A stretch of 64,000 nucleotides of DNA, taken from contig JBHPIO010000004.1 in assembly GCA_042568575.1 (NCBI GenBank), positions 1 through 64,000 on the forward strand, in the 5' to 3' direction. This DNA comes from Patescibacteria group bacterium (lineage in GTDB: Bacteria > Patescibacteriota > Gracilibacteria > UBA1369 > PNNO01). The notes under the pieces were generated by a model. It worked only from the letters and a program-made list of their open reading frames with translations, ran no database searches and was not told the DNA's origin. The first letter of the stretch is position 1. The number at the start of each line of letters is the position of its first letter. Positions 61,598-64,000 of the stretch are shown in pieces. Position numbers and translations under genes: made by a program.

Positions 61598-61680
61598 ATT
61601 TTATTTTGTTTTTATTCTCTATCTCTTATATTTTACAACATTTTGAGGGAAATATCAACCCTCTTTGGCCTATATTTCAA

Positions 61681-61710
61681 TAAAAGCCAGAAGTTAATCT
61701 CTGGCTTTTA
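61681..61710 (-). terminator. intra-operon hairpin/terminator
   Basis: TAAAAGCCAGA/TCTGGCTTTTA. Confidence 0.65.
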
Positions 61711-61729
61711 TCTCTAAATTTGTACTAAT

Positions 61730-63061
61730 TTACTCCTCCATTTTTTCTAATTTCTTTTTCATTTTCGCGTATTTCGAAGCTCCCTTGTAAATACCAAAAA
61801 TCACAAGACCCAAGATAATAACGATGATTATTAATTGCCACCAACTAATTACCCAAAATGCAATACTCTGTGTTGTAGAACTTGCACCGTCATTAAATGT
61901 GAAAGTTAAATCCGCAGAATAATAACCTAGGGCAAGTCCAGAATCCCAGACTGCTCTTTCTCCAAGGTTCATTGATCCTGCTGGCAAAAGCTTGTATCCG
62001 TCTGGATAAAGATTTACTGTTTCTTTCGGCATACCGAAGGCATTTTTGATCTCGATTGTTGCGCTTCCTGAAATCAAATTCGAACTATTGTTTATAAGGT
62101 TTCCTTCAAATTCTACCGGTAAGCTGGAATGGAATGACGAAGTGCTAAAATTCTCAATTATTACTTCTTCTGTAATTTCAAACTCTGCTTCTTCTTCGAA
62201 ATTAGTAGTTTCGCCATTGACAGCATAATAGGCTGCTAATTTAGCTTTATATTTGCCTGGTTTAATATTAAGACCACCAACTTTAGTTTTTATCTCTTTC
62301 GATATATTTGGATAGGCAGAAGACAGAGACGGGTTGAAAGGAACAACATCTTTAAAGCCTTTCGTTATAGTCTCTTCACCTACTTCCTCAGTAATTCTTA
62401 TGATGTTTTCAACTTGTTCGTCGTTCTCATCATAAATTGTAATATTCCCCATAGGGGCTATAGCTATATTTCCTTCATTTGTAAATTTGGCTACAAATGA
62501 CAAAACCCCGTTTTTCAACAACTCTTCATCTGCAAAAAACTCTTCTAATTCAAGAGAAGCATTTACATCTCCTAAAACATTCACTTCAACAAGAAGAAAC
62601 ACTCTTCCCGAAACGCCAACACCAACGGGTTCACCTGTATCTGTCGTTGGAACATGTTTTGTCAAAGACACTGCGGCCAGGTGTGTTCCGGGTGATGCGT
62701 CTGCAGGGATATCAAAGCCCATCGTAACCTCTATTTGATCATTGGCTGGAACAGAAAGCGGCAAGGTTGCTCCAATTTTTACCCAAGATTCTGCACTGTA
62801 AGGAGGCTTAGGATCCTCAGGAGCTAGGAAAGTTTGATTCCCATCTTCTCTAAGAATATAACTCATTGGCACAAAATCGTACTTTTCCGGCTTTTCAGTC
62901 GGGTTGATTACGTTGATAGTTCTCTCTATAGTTTCTCCTGGATTACCCTCTACCACAACTTTTCCTGGCATTAAACCAAGAGCTGCAGCACTATTTACTA
63001 AAGTTACCCACAAAATAATTGGGAGGGCTACAACTAACATTTTTTGAAAAACTTTCATCAT
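61730..63061 (-). CDS. DUF916/PapD-like Ig-fold protein with C-terminal membrane anchor
   Basis: Signal peptide; GLMP...NPGET....I.V.N, SW, IPADASPG.H.A, NEGN...P.G.I, GKYKA; C-terminal TM. Confidence 0.75.
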   Translation of the reverse strand: MMKVFQKMLVVALPIILWVTLVNSAAALGLMPGKVVVEGNPGETIERTINVINPTEKPEKYDFVPMSYILREDGNQTFLAPEDPKPPYSAESWVKIGATLPLSVPANDQIEVTMGFDIPADASPGTHLAAVSLTKHVPTTDTGEPVGVGVSGRVFLLVEVNVLGDVNASLELEEFFADEELLKNGVLSFVAKFTNEGNIAIAPMGNITIYDENDEQVENIIRITEEVGEETITKGFKDVVPFNPSLSSAYPNISKEIKTKVGGLNIKPGKYKAKLAAYYAVNGETTNFEEEAEFEITEEVIIENFSTSSFHSSLPVEFEGNLINNSSNLISGSATIEIKNAFGMPKETVNLYPDGYKLLPAGSMNLGERAVWDSGLALGYYSADLTFTFNDGASSTTQSIAFWVISWWQLIIIVIILGLVIFGIYKGASKYAKMKKKLEKMEE

Positions 63062-63126
63062 TTTCGGCAGGTTAAATTATGTAATTCACAACTGATATTA
63101 TACCTAACTCTATTACAAAAATCCAT

Positions 63127-63165
63127 AAAAAAACAAGGGCGGCATATAGAGCTACCCTTGTTTTT
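63127..63165 (-). terminator. terminator/stabilising hairpin after the pilin-like gene
   Basis: AAAAACAAGGG/CCCTTGTTTTT hairpin with T tract on the minus strand. Confidence 0.7.
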
Positions 63166-63182
63166 AATTTAGATTCAAAAGA

Positions 63183-63782
63183 CTATGATCCAACGATCAA
63201 GTTAAGAACCCAAGTATCAGAATATGCTTCAGAAACCTGATCAGTATTAGTTGATACAGCCATACCTAATGTGAAATTGTCTAAGTCGTTTACATTAGTT
63301 TCGTCATCAATTGGACGACCAGTTTCAGTTGCTTGTGCTGCACAAACAGAAGTTGTACCAGTACAAGTAGCAACTGTATCACCAGCAGCAGTACTCATGT
63401 AGTATCCTACTTCAGCAGTTCCAGCAGCTGGATCTTGTCCAGTAAATACTGATCCTGGGAAATCGTCTACACCTTCAACAAAGTCAGTTGGACCGGCAAT
63501 ACAACCAGTTTGTGTACAACCTTCAGTACCATCATTGGTATCTGTTACGTAAACATCATGAGTACCATTAGCACTTACGATGAAGTTACAAGATGCACTA
63601 GTTTCTGCGTTTGCTCCAAGAGAAGCAACGATAAGTCCACCTGGAGTATCACACGCATCCATGTCAAGGATAACACCTGCATCTACAGTTACTGAAACAG
63701 GAACGTCTCCTGTAGCAGCGAAAGCTACAGATGAGATAGCAACCATTGCAACAAGTGCACCTAAAGCGATAAGCTTTTTCAT
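63183..63782 (-). CDS. secreted pilin-like (Csu/SCPU/WxL-like) subunit
   Basis: Signal peptide (AFA), N-terminal beta strand GDVPVSVTV, paired Cys, C-terminal YSDTWVLNL strand. Confidence 0.65.
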   Translation of the reverse strand: MKKLIALGALVAMVAISSVAFAATGDVPVSVTVDAGVILDMDACDTPGGLIVASLGANAETSASCNFIVSANGTHDVYVTDTNDGTEGCTQTGCIAGPTDFVEGVDDFPGSVFTGQDPAAGTAEVGYYMSTAAGDTVATCTGTTSVCAAQATETGRPIDDETNVNDLDNFTLGMAVSTNTDQVSEAYSDTWVLNLIVGS

Positions 63783-63908
63783 TTTTGTTTTGGTTAATTA
63801 TAAAGCTTTACAATTATCCCCTTTCCCCCGTGTCCCTTTTGTTCCGCCTCGACCAGTACGGCAACATTATAGAAATTTAGTCGTATTTTTATTTTGTGTT
63901 CATGTAAT

Positions 63909-63937
63909 ATTATATAACATCGGGCAGACAAAGTCAA
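63909..63937 (-). promoter_or_regulatory. sigma70-type promoter of the surface operon
   Basis: TTGACT-17 nt-TATAAT, about 120 nt upstream of the pilin-like start. Confidence 0.7.
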
Positions 63938-64000
63938 ACATTAAATTTTCTTTGATTTGCCCTTTTTACTGCCCCTTTTTGGCTTATACCACCAAAAATG

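Noticed and set aside
63783-63860. Riboswitch or G-quadruplex in the pilin leader
   Set aside because: A G-rich tract is present, but no riboswitch consensus could be matched and the G-runs are irregular.
1-64000. CRISPR array, transposase, integrase, prophage or rRNA
   Set aside because: No repeat-spacer array or recognisable genes of these kinds were seen.
1-64000. Genetic code 25 (UGA=Gly) as in Gracilibacteria
   Set aside because: Long conserved genes are intact under code 11, and TGA terminates genes at sensible positions.

Overview
AT-rich bacterial chromosome segment read with the standard code 11. Gene content (SLH protein, carB, dxr/ispG, holB-ricT, rny, no outer-membrane genes, many orphans) suggests a Patescibacteria/CPR organism, probably Peregrinibacteria-like; this is inference. 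Left to right: an ~18 kb surface-glycosylation cluster whose first ~4.09 kb appears inverted, splitting two GT-C-like genes; housekeeping genes (carB, trxB, dxr, ispG, infC-rpmI-rplT, murF, holB, ricT, rny, mfd, dnaN); two tRNA-Ser genes; a tmRNA with a long tag, flanked by small-protein cassettes; and a candidate oriC with variant DnaA boxes upstream of dnaN. The best candidate for an undescribed system is the four-gene operon at 56981-63782. It encodes a pilin-like subunit, a membrane-anchored DUF916/PapD-like protein, a dockerin protein sharing the pilin's N-terminal strand (GDVPVSVTV), and a membrane-anchored cohesin scaffold. I interpret it as an usher-less, sortase-less donor-strand fimbria tethered by dockerin-cohesin. 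All family assignments are from motif recognition by eye; no searches were run.
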